Assembly: GCA_963793425.1 (NCBI GenBank)
Contig: CAWCAG010000005.1
Coordinates: forward strand, 832,001 to 896,000
Length of the DNA: 64,000 nt
Reading direction: 5' to 3'
Source: an uncultured cyanobacterium
GTDB taxonomy: Bacteria; Cyanobacteriota; Cyanobacteriia; Cyanobacteriales; CAWCAG01
The position numbers and the translations under genes were made by a program. Shown here one piece after another: positions 1-10,783 of the stretch. The notes under the pieces were generated by a model that saw only the letters and a list, made by a program, of their open reading frames with translations, ran no database searches and had not been told where the DNA came from. Every line of letters begins with the position of its first letter. Within the stretch, counting starts at the first letter, position 1.

Positions 1-1550
1 TCATCCGCAGCCCCATTAGATTTGTTTACCATTGATCTTGTCACAGTTGCTTCTGTAATGCCATCACTAGTTAAAAGAAAAATATCACCCTGTTCTAAAG
101 TTGAGTTACCCGCTTTCCCTTTCCAATCTTTAAGGATACCGAGGGGAATACCGCGAGTTTGTAAATAGTTTGGTTCTACTGTTATCTCTTTACTAGCATT
201 TTTCCTCTGTTCAGCAACGGTACGATGCGACCAGAGCATAGGATAAATATGACCCGCATTAGCATAAGCTAGCTGGTTGGTGCTAGGAGTATAACGGGCT
301 AAAACCATAGTTATAAAGCAGTTGGTGCTGAATAAATCTTCTGACATACTGCGGTTGAGGTTTTTCATCACTTCTTCTGGCTCTGGAGAAACTTCTTGGG
401 CAACTTCTCTCCTCAGTACAGAAATGGCACTGGCCATAAATAAAGCCGCAGGTACACCCTTACCAGAAACATCAGCCACTGCCAACCAAACATCTCCTTG
501 GGGATGGACATAAACTTCAAAGAAGTCTCCCCCTACTTCCCTAGCTGGGAAACAGCTAGCTTGGACAAAAACCCCTTCAACTTCTGGCCAGCTTTGACGT
601 AAGATATTATTTTGAATCTGTCGAGCCACTTCTAATTCTGCTCGCATTTTTTCAGCTTGCTGTTGAGTTCTTTGTAAAAGCCTAGCTTGAGAAATTGCCA
701 GGGCTGCTTGTTCACTCACAGCTTCTAGTAACTCAATATCAGATTCATCTTTAGCTGTAGCACTATCGATTTCATAAAGAGAGAGAATTGCTAGTAATTC
801 TTGCTGGCAGATTAGTGGCACAGCCAAGTGAAAGCAGTTTTCTTTACCAGTTTCTGCTGAGGTCAGCTTTTTAGTTTTTTGGCTCGATAAAACCTCTTGA
901 AGCAAAGACTCTTCTTCTTGAGCAGAAATATCCCACTGGGCAACATTATTAATTTGAAAAGAGAAAGACTCTGGTAATATTTCCTGACCACTAATCGGCC
1001 GCAGCACTCCAGCTTTGGCCCCAAAATTCTCACCAATGGTTTTGACAATGGTTTGGGCCATACTGCTGTAGTCTAAGGATTCGCGAATTGTGTTAGTAAT
1101 TTCATTTAATAACTCTTCGCGCCTCAAAACACGCCGCAGTTCATTAGTTCTTTGTTTAACAACCCTATAGGTATCTGCTGCTTGTTGAACTACTGCTTTG
1201 AGCTTTTCAGGATTCCAAGGTTTGGTGATGTATTTGAAAACTTTACCGGAATTAATTGCTTCTACCAGGTCTTCAACATCGGTGTAACCAGTAAGAAGAA
1301 TACGAATTGTATCGGGAAACCTTTCTACGGTTTTGCTTAAAAATTCTGTGCCATTCATAACTGGCATACGTTGATCTGAGATGATTACAGCCATCTCTCC
1401 TTCCTTGTCAAGAATTTCGAGGGCGCTAAGGGCCCCATCCGCTTTACGAACTCGAAAATCTCGCCGGAAAGTCCGATAGAGCAAGTCTAAGTTGTCAGGC
1501 TCATCATCCACCACCATTAAATTAAGTTTGTTGCGGTTTGCCTGACTCAT
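1..1550 (-). CDS. Response regulator-GAF-PP2C (SpoIIE/RsbU-type) phosphatase, 3' end outside window
   Basis: Manual translation from ATG 1550: MSQANRNKLNLMVVDDEPDN (REC), GAF-like middle, EVGGDFF, VADVSGKGVPAALFM, NAGH, TSDG PP2C motifs; open to window edge so absent from ORF track. Confidence 0.9.
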   Translation of the reverse strand, partial: MSQANRNKLNLMVVDDEPDNLDLLYRTFRRDFRVRKADGALSALEILDKEGEMAVIISDQRMPVMNGTEFLSKTVERFPDTIRILLTGYTDVEDLVEAINSGKVFKYITKPWNPEKLKAVVQQAADTYRVVKQRTNELRRVLRREELLNEITNTIRESLDYSSMAQTIVKTIGENFGAKAGVLRPISGQEILPESFSFQINNVAQWDISAQEEESLLQEVLSSQKTKKLTSAETGKENCFHLAVPLICQQELLAILSLYEIDSATAKDESDIELLEAVSEQAALAISQARLLQRTQQQAEKMRAELEVARQIQNNILRQSWPEVEGVFVQASCFPAREVGGDFFEVYVHPQGDVWLAVADVSGKGVPAALFMASAISVLRREVAQEVSPEPEEVMKNLNRSMSEDLFSTNCFITMVLARYTPSTNQLAYANAGHIYPMLWSHRTVAEQRKNASKEITVEPNYLQTRGIPLGILKDWKGKAGNSTLEQGDIFLLTSDGITEATVTRSMVNKSNGAAD

Positions 1551-1811
1551 TTACTCACTCCAGTTTGGCGATCCATTGAAAAAGACATCAGTGCGCTTAT
1601 ATTTTAAGAGCTTGACTGGCAAATTTTGCACCAACAAAAAGCTTACCAGCCAAATACCAGGACAATTAATCATTTTAGATGCTAGTAAGGTTTAATTTCC
1701 GTAAGAGTCATTACCAACCCAATTAAAGAGTGGTTTGTTGGAGATTTGCTTCATAACTAAAAATAAGCTTAGTAGGTGAAGATTATATTATCGCTTGCTT
1801 TTTTCATCTCC

Positions 1812-2537
1812 TCAACCAACTAATCCTGAACGAAGAGCGCGAACAGCAGCTTGGGTGCGGTCATCAGCACATAATTTGTTTAAAATATTACGAACGTGAG
1901 TTTTAACGGTTCCTACGGTAATAAAAAGTTTTTCAGCAATTTCAGCGTTGCTACAACCTTCGACAATAAGTTGAAGAACTTCTAGTTCCCTTTCCGTAAG
2001 AGGATAGGCTTCAATAAGTTGACTATATTCTGGCTCAGCAGCATTGATTCTCACTTTCCCTGGGTTCCCCGAAGGTACAGGGTTGGTTTCAGTGGAGGAA
2101 CCTTTGGTTTGCGAGAGAATAATTCTGGCGATCGCCGGATCGATCCAAGCATTGCCCTCATGGGTTAATTTAAGTACCTCGATTAAGCGATCAAAGCTCA
2201 TATTCTTCATACAGTAAGAATCAGCCCCAGCCGCAAAAGCAGCCAAAACAGCTTCTTCGTTATCGTGTAAAGTCAAAATCAAAATTTTGATTGGTTTTGA
2301 TTCCCCTGATGAGGAATTTTCTTTTGATTTGCGAGTTAGCTCTATACCATCGATATCTGGCAGACCAATATCGACTATACCGATATCAGGTTGGTAAGTT
2401 TCCAACAATTTTAAACCTTCAGTCCCATTAGCCGCTTCACCAACCAATTCGATCTCATTGGACTGTTGTAGTGCAGTCCTAAGTCCGACTCTAGTTAGAT
2501 CGTGGTCTTCAATGAGAGCAACACGAATTTTACTCAT
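1812..2537 (-). CDS. NarL/LuxR-family response regulator
   Basis: N-terminal REC (IEDH..DIGLP), C-terminal LTERELEVL..TVKTHVRNILNKL LuxR HTH. Confidence 0.95.
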   Translation of the reverse strand: MSKIRVALIEDHDLTRVGLRTALQQSNEIELVGEAANGTEGLKLLETYQPDIGIVDIGLPDIDGIELTRKSKENSSSGESKPIKILILTLHDNEEAVLAAFAAGADSYCMKNMSFDRLIEVLKLTHEGNAWIDPAIARIILSQTKGSSTETNPVPSGNPGKVRINAAEPEYSQLIEAYPLTERELEVLQLIVEGCSNAEIAEKLFITVGTVKTHVRNILNKLCADDRTQAAVRALRSGLVG

Positions 2538-2812
2538 CTTGAAAACGTTTCCCCAAAAAACTCTAATAACTAATCAATAAAGTGTAGTATCTTCTCTAGC
2601 CTTTAGTTCAGATTGTCACAAATTACAGAAAATTGTCGTCAATACTTTGGTGAGCAATCAAAATTAAATTACTCTTAATATTTAACCTATCTTTAAGTTA
2701 TGGGATGGTTAATTGGGCGTTGATTACTGACATAAAAGTCCTTAAATTTGTTTGACATGGGAAATAATTTTGCTGCTTTAGTATAAGTACTTTGAACTAG
2801 TAAGACAATCAA

Positions 2813-5512
2813 TTGAGACTAATTGATAGGAATGAAACCGTGAAAATTCTGGTGGTAGAAGATGATGAAATTGAACGTATGGTGCTGTACAAAGCCCTAA
2901 TTAAAGCCAGGGCTGATATAGAAATGGAATCAGCCAATACCTGTGAGAGTGCTATTGCCAGCTTAAAACAACAAAGAGATTTTGAATGCGTTTTCCTGGA
3001 CTACAGGTTGCCAGATGGTAGCGGCAGAGAACTAGTTGAAAAAATTCGTCGTGCAGAGATTAAAGTCCCCTTGGTGGTTTTAATCGCCCAAGGAGATGAG
3101 CATTATGCTGCTGATTTGATTAAAGCTGGGGCTTCTGATTATATTCCCCAAAGAAAAGTTTCTTCTGAGAGTTTGGCTCGTAGTCTTCACAATTCAGTAC
3201 GCTTATACCATGCTGAGCAACAAGCTGATTTTGCGAATCGACGCTTGCAAGAAAGCGAGGAGATGTACCGCTTAGTTGTTGAAGGTTCTAATGATGGTAT
3301 TTGGGATTGGGATCTTGATAGCCATAAAGTTTATGCCAATGATCGCCTTTTGGAAATGGTCGGTTTATCTCCCCAGGGAGTGACTGTTAATTATCAGCTC
3401 TTAAAAAAGTTATTACATTTAGGTGATCGCCTGAAGATTAGTCGGGCAGTTCGCGCTCATTTAAGGAAGCAAGCTAAGTTTGAGGTAGAGTTTCGGCTAC
3501 GTCATGTGAGTGGGGAATACCTTTACTGTGTGGCGAGGGGAAAAGCCCAAAGGGATAGTAGCGGTAAGCCCCTAAGAATGTCTGGTATCGTTAGTGATAT
3601 TACTGAGCGTAAACGCACAGAAGGGCGGACTCGCTTTTTAACTGAGGCCACGGAAGTTTTATCAGCTTCTTTAGATTATCAAACTACCCTAGAAAATCTT
3701 GCTCAGCTAGCTGTTCCTCGTTTAGCAGATTGGTGTGCTATTGATGTGGTTGATTCTCAGGGAGATTCTCGCCGTATCGCTGTTACCCACATAGAGCCTA
3801 GTAAAGAGGCTTTGGTGCGGCAGCTAGATTGCTCTGATGAGACAAAAGGTTATTGTCCTGTGGTTGGTTATGGCCAGGTTATTCATCGGGGCAAATCCGC
3901 TGCTTGTTTTTATGTTTCTGAAGAAAATTTAGCCCAAATAGCCAGGAATGAAGAACATCTAGAAAGACTCAAAAGTTTAAATATTCATTCTTATATTTGT
4001 GTACCCTTGAAAACTGGGGAAAGAACTTTAGGCTCTATTTTGTTTGTTTGGAGCGAATCTGGGCGCTGCTATACCCAAGATGATTTTAAGCTAGCAGAAG
4101 ATTTGGCCCATCGCGCAGCTTTGGCTATAGAAAATGCTCGACTGTTTCAAGAAGCCCATCAAGCGAGTGAGGAACTACGCCAAGCTAATGCCATTTTAGG
4201 GGAACAACAACAACAACTACGTACTCTCCAGCAACTAACAAATTTATTGAATCATCGGCTCACAGATTTACCAGATTTGTTGCGGGTGATGGCCCGCTCT
4301 GTGTGCGAAGCTATTCCTGGAGCGCAGATTTGTTTTATTGCTTTATTTAATACTCAATGTAACCGTATGATGCTGACGGTGACTGCGGGGGTGGGGGAAG
4401 AAAGCCTCAGCTTGGAGGATGCTTCTTCTTCTAAGAGTTTGTTACGTCAAGTTTTTTTAACCGGGCAACCCAAGTTAATTCAAAGTCCTCAACAAGAAAC
4501 AGGTTCAGCAAAAAGTTTGCCTCAGACGATTTATGCCGTACCAATCAAATCTGTGAAGTCAGGAAGTTTAGGAATTTTGGCCATTGGTAATTGGGAAAAT
4601 CCTACGGCTTTTGATAAAGAAGGACAATATCTTTTAACTGCTGTGGGAGAACAAGCTGCGATCGCCATTGATAATGCTCGTTTGATTAATACCCTGGAAG
4701 AGAGGGAAGAGCGTTTAGAGTTTCAAAATCAAATTTTAGCAGAGCAAAATCAGGAGTTAGAAAGTCAGCGCTACCAAATTCAACTGCAAAATTTGCAACT
4801 AATGGAAGCGGCAAAGATGAAGTCGCAATTCTTAGCAGTAATGTCCCATGAGTTGCGTACCCCCATGAATGCTATTATTGGCTTTTCTCAAGTACTTTTA
4901 CGTAAGAAAAACTCTGATACCCTAAGTGCCAATCAAGTACAGATGTTGGATAGAATTTATAATAATGGCAAGACTCTTTTAGATTTAATTAATCATATTC
5001 TTGACCTTTCTAAAGCAGAAGCAGGACGTTTAGAATTACAAATTAAAGATTTTGATATTGTGCAGTTAGTGAGGACAACTATTGAGGAATTACGTCCTTT
5101 AGCTGATGAGAAATATTTAAGTTTAACATTTGATGTTAAGCTCAAACATTCTCGTGTTTGTAATGATAGCCTCCGTTTACGACAAATTGTCGTTAATCTC
5201 CTTTCTAATGCTATTAAGTTTACTGACAGAGGAAGCGTTGAGGTATTGATCCAAGAGGTAGATGAAGAGCATTTAGAAATAGCTGTTAAAGACACAGGTA
5301 TTGGTATTAACGGGGAGCAGAAAGAGTATATTTTTGAAGAGTTTCGCCAAGTAGATCAAACCACGACCCGCAAATATTCTGGTACGGGTTTAGGGTTAGC
5401 AATTACTGAGTCTTTGGTTAAGTTGATGCAAGGAGAAATTAGTGTAGAAAGTCAGCTTGGTGAAGGAGCTACTTTTAAGGTTAAGTTGCCTTATCGGGTT
5501 AGGTGTTGCTAA
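2813..5512 (+). CDS. Hybrid histidine kinase REC-PAS-GAF-GAF-HisKA-HATPase (start possibly GTG 2840)
   Basis: VEDD REC, DGIWDWD PAS, SHELRTPMN H-box, NLLSNAIKFT, GTGLGL. Confidence 0.95.
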   Translation: MRLIDRNETVKILVVEDDEIERMVLYKALIKARADIEMESANTCESAIASLKQQRDFECVFLDYRLPDGSGRELVEKIRRAEIKVPLVVLIAQGDEHYAADLIKAGASDYIPQRKVSSESLARSLHNSVRLYHAEQQADFANRRLQESEEMYRLVVEGSNDGIWDWDLDSHKVYANDRLLEMVGLSPQGVTVNYQLLKKLLHLGDRLKISRAVRAHLRKQAKFEVEFRLRHVSGEYLYCVARGKAQRDSSGKPLRMSGIVSDITERKRTEGRTRFLTEATEVLSASLDYQTTLENLAQLAVPRLADWCAIDVVDSQGDSRRIAVTHIEPSKEALVRQLDCSDETKGYCPVVGYGQVIHRGKSAACFYVSEENLAQIARNEEHLERLKSLNIHSYICVPLKTGERTLGSILFVWSESGRCYTQDDFKLAEDLAHRAALAIENARLFQEAHQASEELRQANAILGEQQQQLRTLQQLTNLLNHRLTDLPDLLRVMARSVCEAIPGAQICFIALFNTQCNRMMLTVTAGVGEESLSLEDASSSKSLLRQVFLTGQPKLIQSPQQETGSAKSLPQTIYAVPIKSVKSGSLGILAIGNWENPTAFDKEGQYLLTAVGEQAAIAIDNARLINTLEEREERLEFQNQILAEQNQELESQRYQIQLQNLQLMEAAKMKSQFLAVMSHELRTPMNAIIGFSQVLLRKKNSDTLSANQVQMLDRIYNNGKTLLDLINHILDLSKAEAGRLELQIKDFDIVQLVRTTIEELRPLADEKYLSLTFDVKLKHSRVCNDSLRLRQIVVNLLSNAIKFTDRGSVEVLIQEVDEEHLEIAVKDTGIGINGEQKEYIFEEFRQVDQTTTRKYSGTGLGLAITESLVKLMQGEISVESQLGEGATFKVKLPYRVRCC

Positions 5513-5540
5513 TTGCTAATTGCTAGTTGCCAATTGCTCT

Positions 5541-5596
5541 CTCCCTAGCTCCCTAGCTCCCTAGCTCCCTAGCCCCCCAGCTCCCAAGCTCCCCAG
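5541..5596. repeat. Short tandem repeat (CTCCCTAG-like octamer, ~7 units) between convergent genes
   Basis: ctccctag repeated then degenerate copies; STRR-like. Confidence 0.85.
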
Positions 5597-6355
5597 CTAA
5601 TTAACAGTAAAGCCACCATCTACGGTAATTCCTTGCCCTAAGACAAAAGAAGCTTCAGGGGAAGATAACCAAACCACTGCATCGGCAATTTCTTCTGGTT
5701 TACCAAATCTGCCAATAGGATGCAAAGACTTCGTTTGTTCTATGAGGGCAGCATCTCTTTCTAGAAACTCTTCTAGCATTCGAGTTTCAGTGAACCCTGG
5801 ACAAACTGCATTAATCCGAATCTCTTGTTTGGCGTATGCTAAGGCAGCAGACTTCGTTAAACCCAGTACGGCGTGTTTAGAAGCAACATAGATTGCATGG
5901 CCAGGAAAGCCGACTAGACCAGCAATAGAGGCATTATTAACAATAGTCCCACCCCCGTTGGCTAACATATATTCAATTTCACATTTCATGGAATACCAGA
6001 CTCCTTTAACGTTGACACCCATCACCAAATCGAAAGTTTCTTCCTTTTGATCTGGGAGCATAGCTTGAGGATCTTCTACTCCAGCATTGTTAAAAGCAGC
6101 GTGCAACCCACCGTAAGTATCGACTGTGTATTTGATTAAGTTTTGGACATTTTCAAATTTAGTTACATCTGCTTGACAAAAGCTAGCTTTACCCCCAGCT
6201 TTTTGAATTAGTTCAACGGTTTCTTGACCACCTTTTTCATGATGATCACCAACTACTACGGATGCCCCTTCCGAAGCAAATTTGAGGGCAGTAGCCCTAC
6301 CAATACCAAAACTGCCACCAGTAACTAATGCCACTTTGTCAACAAATCGATCCAT
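5597..6355 (-). CDS. Short-chain dehydrogenase/reductase (FabG/glucose dehydrogenase-like)
   Basis: TGGSFGIG, NNAG, YVASKH catalytic YxxxK. Confidence 0.95.
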   Translation of the reverse strand: MDRFVDKVALVTGGSFGIGRATALKFASEGASVVVGDHHEKGGQETVELIQKAGGKASFCQADVTKFENVQNLIKYTVDTYGGLHAAFNNAGVEDPQAMLPDQKEETFDLVMGVNVKGVWYSMKCEIEYMLANGGGTIVNNASIAGLVGFPGHAIYVASKHAVLGLTKSAALAYAKQEIRINAVCPGFTETRMLEEFLERDAALIEQTKSLHPIGRFGKPEEIADAVVWLSSPEASFVLGQGITVDGGFTVN

Positions 6356-6439
6356 AGATTTAACCTATTAAACCCTAGTTTATTCGTACACTCTTAGCTT
6401 GCAAACCAACATTCTCTGCCCTACATTTAATCCCCATCA

Positions 6440-6500
6440 AGGGCGACCCAATTAGTTTAATTTATCGGTGGCTAAAATAACAACAGACGGTCGCCCCTAC
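6440..6500. repeat. GTAG-type REP-like inverted repeat
   Basis: GGGCGACC ... GGTCGCCCCTAC arms. Confidence 0.55.
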
Positions 6501-6527
6501 ATTATGGTATTTCTTCCGAATAAATAT

Positions 6528-6713
6528 CTAAACCCCTCTTGTTATTAATCCTCTCAGAGAAGTAATCAAGACTGCGATCGCAATAATAATAGCGGCTGGT
6601 GTGTCTCCATGTTCTAGTAATGTTGCCAAGTTAATTTCGATGGTTGGTTCAGGAATAGTGATTACTTGGTTGGTGGGGATTTGATTGTTTAATTGAGTTT
6701 CTTGGCAAGTCAT
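6528..6713 (-). CDS. Small membrane protein divergent from the ATPase pair
   Basis: 61 aa ORF with C-terminal hydrophobic helix PAAIIIAIAVLITSL. Confidence 0.55.
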   Translation of the reverse strand: MTCQETQLNNQIPTNQVITIPEPTIEINLATLLEHGDTPAAIIIAIAVLITSLRGLITRGV

Positions 6714-6863
6714 GATGATTAATTACTCTGTGTGTTTATTGTTATTAACATCATCTCTTGCAGTCCATATGAAAGTCAGTAGGGCGATGTTAGAAGATTA
6801 GCAAAATGAGAATGTAAGCTATTGTAAGATTTGAGATACGGTGCAAATTATCCGTCCTAACTT

Positions 6864-7877
6864 ATGGCACAAGAAGAACAGAAACAGCTAATTGAAATAT
6901 TAGAAGCACAACAGGGTAAATTTCTTAACGATAGTGAGAAAGCTGTTTTGCAAGGAATGTTGGCTGGGCAAACTTACGAAGTTGTTAGTAAGGAAATTCC
7001 TTTAGATTACAATTATGTGCGGCAAATTGGCAGCAAATTGGTTAAAGATATTGGTGAAATTTTAAACAAAAAAGTCACGAAAAACACTCTTGCTGCTGCA
7101 GTAGAACAGCTTTTAGGGCAACAATTAAAACAAGAACCAAAATCGCAGCCCTTAAATCTTGATAATCCTTTTATTCCTACTAGCGGAATTATTGAAACGC
7201 CACAGCTATTTTTCAATCGCGAGAAGGAAATCAAAGATATTTTTGAGTTACTAAATAGTCGTTCTAGCGTAGCTGTAATTGGAGAAAGACAAGTTGGTAA
7301 GTCTTCTTTACTTCAAGCCATTTTTCGTCAAGCAGAAACTCAATTACAACCTCCCCGTCGTCCTATTTACTTACATTTGCAAGGAATTAGTAATGAGGAG
7401 GATTTTTATGCTTATCTTTGTGATGAAATTGATATTCCTCTGCAAACAGGTTATCAGTTAACTCGTGCTTTGAAAAAGCAGCATTTATTGTTACTTATTG
7501 ACGAAATTGAAAAGATGAATGGGCCAGGTTTTACCCGTGATGTGAGAGAAAAACTTAGGAGTTTAGCAGAAGGAGAAAATGCGCCTTTGCGTTTAGTAGT
7601 GGCGGCGCGGACACCTTTAACAGAATTATTTCCCGACGATGAGCCTGGTAAAACCTCTCCCTTAGCTAACATTTGTCCACCCGTAGAAGTTCCGATTTGG
7701 CCAGAAAAAACAGCCCGTGATTTTATCCAATCTCGTTTAGCCATGTCCCCATTAAGTTCAACAATTACTTTCTCCGATTCAGAAATAGAAAGTCTATTAA
7801 AAGAAAGCAACTGTCACCCTCAAAAGCTAACCAGATTGTGCAATAAACTATATAGCAGCAAAAAAGGAGAAATCTAA
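6864..7877 (+). CDS. N-terminal HTH + P-loop (AAA/STAND-like) ATPase
   Basis: HTH-like N-terminus (LNDSEKAVLQG..TYEVVS), NPF..FFNRE, Walker A GERQVGKSS, Walker B LLLIDE. Confidence 0.85.
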   Translation: MAQEEQKQLIEILEAQQGKFLNDSEKAVLQGMLAGQTYEVVSKEIPLDYNYVRQIGSKLVKDIGEILNKKVTKNTLAAAVEQLLGQQLKQEPKSQPLNLDNPFIPTSGIIETPQLFFNREKEIKDIFELLNSRSSVAVIGERQVGKSSLLQAIFRQAETQLQPPRRPIYLHLQGISNEEDFYAYLCDEIDIPLQTGYQLTRALKKQHLLLLIDEIEKMNGPGFTRDVREKLRSLAEGENAPLRLVVAARTPLTELFPDDEPGKTSPLANICPPVEVPIWPEKTARDFIQSRLAMSPLSSTITFSDSEIESLLKESNCHPQKLTRLCNKLYSSKKGEI

Positions 7878-7916
7878 CCCATAATCAACACATGATCTGG
7901 AATGTTGTAAGCATAT

Positions 7917-8084
7917 ACCGCCCACGAATAAATTCGCTGTCTCATAGCAAAAGTCATCTGAAGATGACTAGGATACTGGTTTTTGGTAATTTGGTTACAC
8001 TCTTTCCTAGGAAAAATCCCAGCACTGGTAGTCATCTTTAAGATGACTTAGGCTATTAGCCAGGGATTTTAATCCTTGGCGGGT
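7917..8084. mobile_element. MITE/REPIN-like element with nested inverted repeats
   Basis: ATAGCAAAAGTCATCTGAAGATGACTA (7944-7970) is near reverse complement of TAGTCATCTTTAAGATGACTTAGGCTAT (8029-8056); outer ACCGCC/GGCGGGT ends. Confidence 0.7.
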
Positions 8085-8128
8085 TGAGTGAATAAGCAAT
8101 TCATCTCTTTTTTGCAGCCTTCCAAGTT

Positions 8129-10783
8129 GTGTCAACAAAACCTACAACTCCCTACTCCTTAACCATGACAGTTCCTCGCCTAGACTTAGCCCCAAAACTA
8201 AAGCGCCCTTTATCTCTTTGGAATCCTTTAGATTATTTGCGTTTACTCTATTGGGTGTTTTATTTTCCACAAGCTTTGCGATGGTATGGGGAAACTTTTG
8301 GTAGTGGGGTGAGTTTGAGTGATAAAAAGACTTGGCGAGAAAAATGGCAGTTGTTAACTGAGGATACTGTACAGCTTAAGTTTTTGCTACAGGGTTTGTT
8401 ACTAACTTTTGTTGCACCATTACTGTTTTATTGGCTATTGGAAAGACGAGGAATTAATATCAGTTGGTTTGGTGTTGCGGTTGGTATTGCAGTAGGTGTT
8501 TTATTTTGCGTTTTGTTGAGCGTTGCAAATGGTGTTGAGGTTGGTATTGCAGCAGGGGTTTCGTTTAGCATTTCGTGGGGCATTTTGTTTAGCGTTGCGG
8601 TTGGTATTGCTGGAGGTGTTGCCACGGGAATTGCAGCATTCGCTGTCTTTAGTGTTGCAGGAGGCATTCCGTTAGGTGTTGTGACAGTTGCAGCATTCGC
8701 TGTCTTTAATGTTGCGATAAGTCTTGTGGCAGGTGTTTCGTTTAGCGTTTCGTTTGGAATTACAATAAGCTTAAGCATACTTCGCTTAGAAGCCTGGCTA
8801 CTTGGCACAATCTTTTTCCCAAATCAGTTGTGGCAAACAAAACTAACTTGGAGTAGGACTACCTATCTTCCCTTGTTTGCCCTCTCCTCTCAGATCAAAA
8901 CATGGATCAATCAAGATGAGTCAATTGCTATAGATAATATCAATCAGATTCTACGCTATACTCTCCAATGGATTCCTGTAGTCAATGCTATTAACCAAGC
9001 ACTAGCAGTAACTCCCAATGAACGAATTATTTGGCGAGTTACTCAGCTAACAAAATCTCCTTTTGACTGGAAGTTAATTCACCTTGCTTCTACTTCTTTG
9101 CAAGAAGAAATGAAATTGAGGGTTGTAGATATTCTTTTCTTGTTTTCTGGTCATTTGCAGCGTAGAATAATCCGTTTCTATCGAGGTACACGCCTTGACA
9201 CATTCCCTCGTGCTACTGCTGCTGGCTTCTGGTATCTCCACGAAAAAGAACCCGCAAAAGCCCTGAAAGCATTCACTATTGTTCGTTCTCTGCTGTATGG
9301 CGAAGAACTCTTCATCCTTGCCCAAACCCTGACTAATTTCCACGAAATCCAAACCCTAAAAGACATTGCAGCAATACCTTTGCCTACTCCTCCCCTGGAA
9401 CCTTGGTTACGCCCCACAACCTGGGAAGCTATAGCAAAATTCCGACGGGCTATTGAAGATATCAAAGTAGTCCAATCTGGAACCTCTCGCGCCGCTAGAT
9501 CCTTGGCTTTGAACCGCGCCCAAGGGGCATTGAAAGAAATATTAGATAACAAAGAAACTCTACCAGAAGCGGAAAGAGAGTTAATCATTGACATTGCTGC
9601 CACTTGGCAAGAAACTCTCCTCAGCATCACCGCAGAAATTGGTGAACTCGCCATCACCCAACCAGTAAAAAATCCCTACATTGTTGGTGATCCTGTCACC
9701 GGGCAGCTTTTCCAAGGTAGAGAAGACATTCTGCGGCAATTAGAAGAACTTTGGGTAATGGGGGAACAACTGCAATCTGTGGTAATTTATGGGCATCGCC
9801 GCATGGGAAAAACCTCTCTGTTACTCAATGCTTCCAACTGTGTAGGAACAGGAATTAAAGTAGCCTTTATTAACTTGCAGATATTAGGAAATTGCCCTCA
9901 AGGAGTAGTTGATATTTTAATTGCGATCGCCGATAGTATTTCTGAAGCAATTAATCTGCCTCCACCCCCAGATGAAGAAATGCTCAGACTGCCCCAACGT
10001 GCTTTTAGACGTTACTTAAAGCAAGTAGAGGAAAAACTTAACCAAGAAAGCTTAATCGTTGCCTTAGACGAATTTGAGAAAATTGAAGAATTAATCACAG
10101 CAGGTAAACTTTCCCCTGACTTCCTGGGTTTCCTCCGAGGTTGTGTACAACTTAGTTCTCGCATTGCCTTTGCCTTTGCTGGTTTGCATACCCTAGAAGA
10201 AATGACCGCAGACTATTTTAATCCTTTCTTCGCCAGCGTCATCCCCATTCCCATTACTTTCCTAACTTCTGCTGCAACCAAAGCAATTTTAACTAATCCT
10301 AGTGAAGATTTCCTCCTCAACTATAGCGGTGCGGCACTAGAAGAAATCTACAAACTTAGTGCAGGACAACCTTATCTTGTGCAGTTAATCGGTTTCCAAC
10401 TGGTACGCCTCTACAACGATTTTGTTTTTGAGCAAGGATACAAACGGGACTCCACTTTTACCAAAGAAGATGTAGAGCAAGTAGTTAACAACGAAGCATT
10501 TTTCCTGCGGGGACGCTACTACTTTGAAGGAGTATGGTTACAAGCGGCACAAGAAACTCCACAACAACAACGAATTTTAACCTTGCTTGCTCCCCAAAAA
10601 GCAGGTTTAACCCTAGAGAAATTAAGGGAAGCAACAGATTGGGAAGAAGAGATTTTGCAGACAGCCTTTAAAACCTTAGAACGCCATGATGTGGTAACAG
10701 AAAAAGAAGGTAAATGGTATATTATCGTGGAATTATTCCGCCGCTGGTGTTGCACCCATTCCCGTAGGGGCAGGTTTGAGTAA
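8129..10783 (+). CDS. Membrane-anchored P-loop (AAA/STAND-like) ATPase with Gly/Ala/Val-rich transmembrane repeats
   Basis: GVAVGIA-type TM repeats; NPYIVGDPV..FQGRE, Walker A GHRRMGKTS, Walker B VALDEFE. Confidence 0.85.
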   Translation: MSTKPTTPYSLTMTVPRLDLAPKLKRPLSLWNPLDYLRLLYWVFYFPQALRWYGETFGSGVSLSDKKTWREKWQLLTEDTVQLKFLLQGLLLTFVAPLLFYWLLERRGINISWFGVAVGIAVGVLFCVLLSVANGVEVGIAAGVSFSISWGILFSVAVGIAGGVATGIAAFAVFSVAGGIPLGVVTVAAFAVFNVAISLVAGVSFSVSFGITISLSILRLEAWLLGTIFFPNQLWQTKLTWSRTTYLPLFALSSQIKTWINQDESIAIDNINQILRYTLQWIPVVNAINQALAVTPNERIIWRVTQLTKSPFDWKLIHLASTSLQEEMKLRVVDILFLFSGHLQRRIIRFYRGTRLDTFPRATAAGFWYLHEKEPAKALKAFTIVRSLLYGEELFILAQTLTNFHEIQTLKDIAAIPLPTPPLEPWLRPTTWEAIAKFRRAIEDIKVVQSGTSRAARSLALNRAQGALKEILDNKETLPEAERELIIDIAATWQETLLSITAEIGELAITQPVKNPYIVGDPVTGQLFQGREDILRQLEELWVMGEQLQSVVIYGHRRMGKTSLLLNASNCVGTGIKVAFINLQILGNCPQGVVDILIAIADSISEAINLPPPPDEEMLRLPQRAFRRYLKQVEEKLNQESLIVALDEFEKIEELITAGKLSPDFLGFLRGCVQLSSRIAFAFAGLHTLEEMTADYFNPFFASVIPIPITFLTSAATKAILTNPSEDFLLNYSGAALEEIYKLSAGQPYLVQLIGFQLVRLYNDFVFEQGYKRDSTFTKEDVEQVVNNEAFFLRGRYYFEGVWLQAAQETPQQQRILTLLAPQKAGLTLEKLREATDWEEEILQTAFKTLERHDVVTEKEGKWYIIVELFRRWCCTHSRRGRFE

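Noticed and set aside
322..1340. Short ORFs 322-513, 863-1048 and 1152-1340
   Set aside because: Shadow ORFs of the minus-strand REC-GAF-PP2C gene
8428..9657. Antisense ORFs within the membrane ATPase
   Set aside because: Arise from repetitive codon usage on the coding strand; no independent motifs
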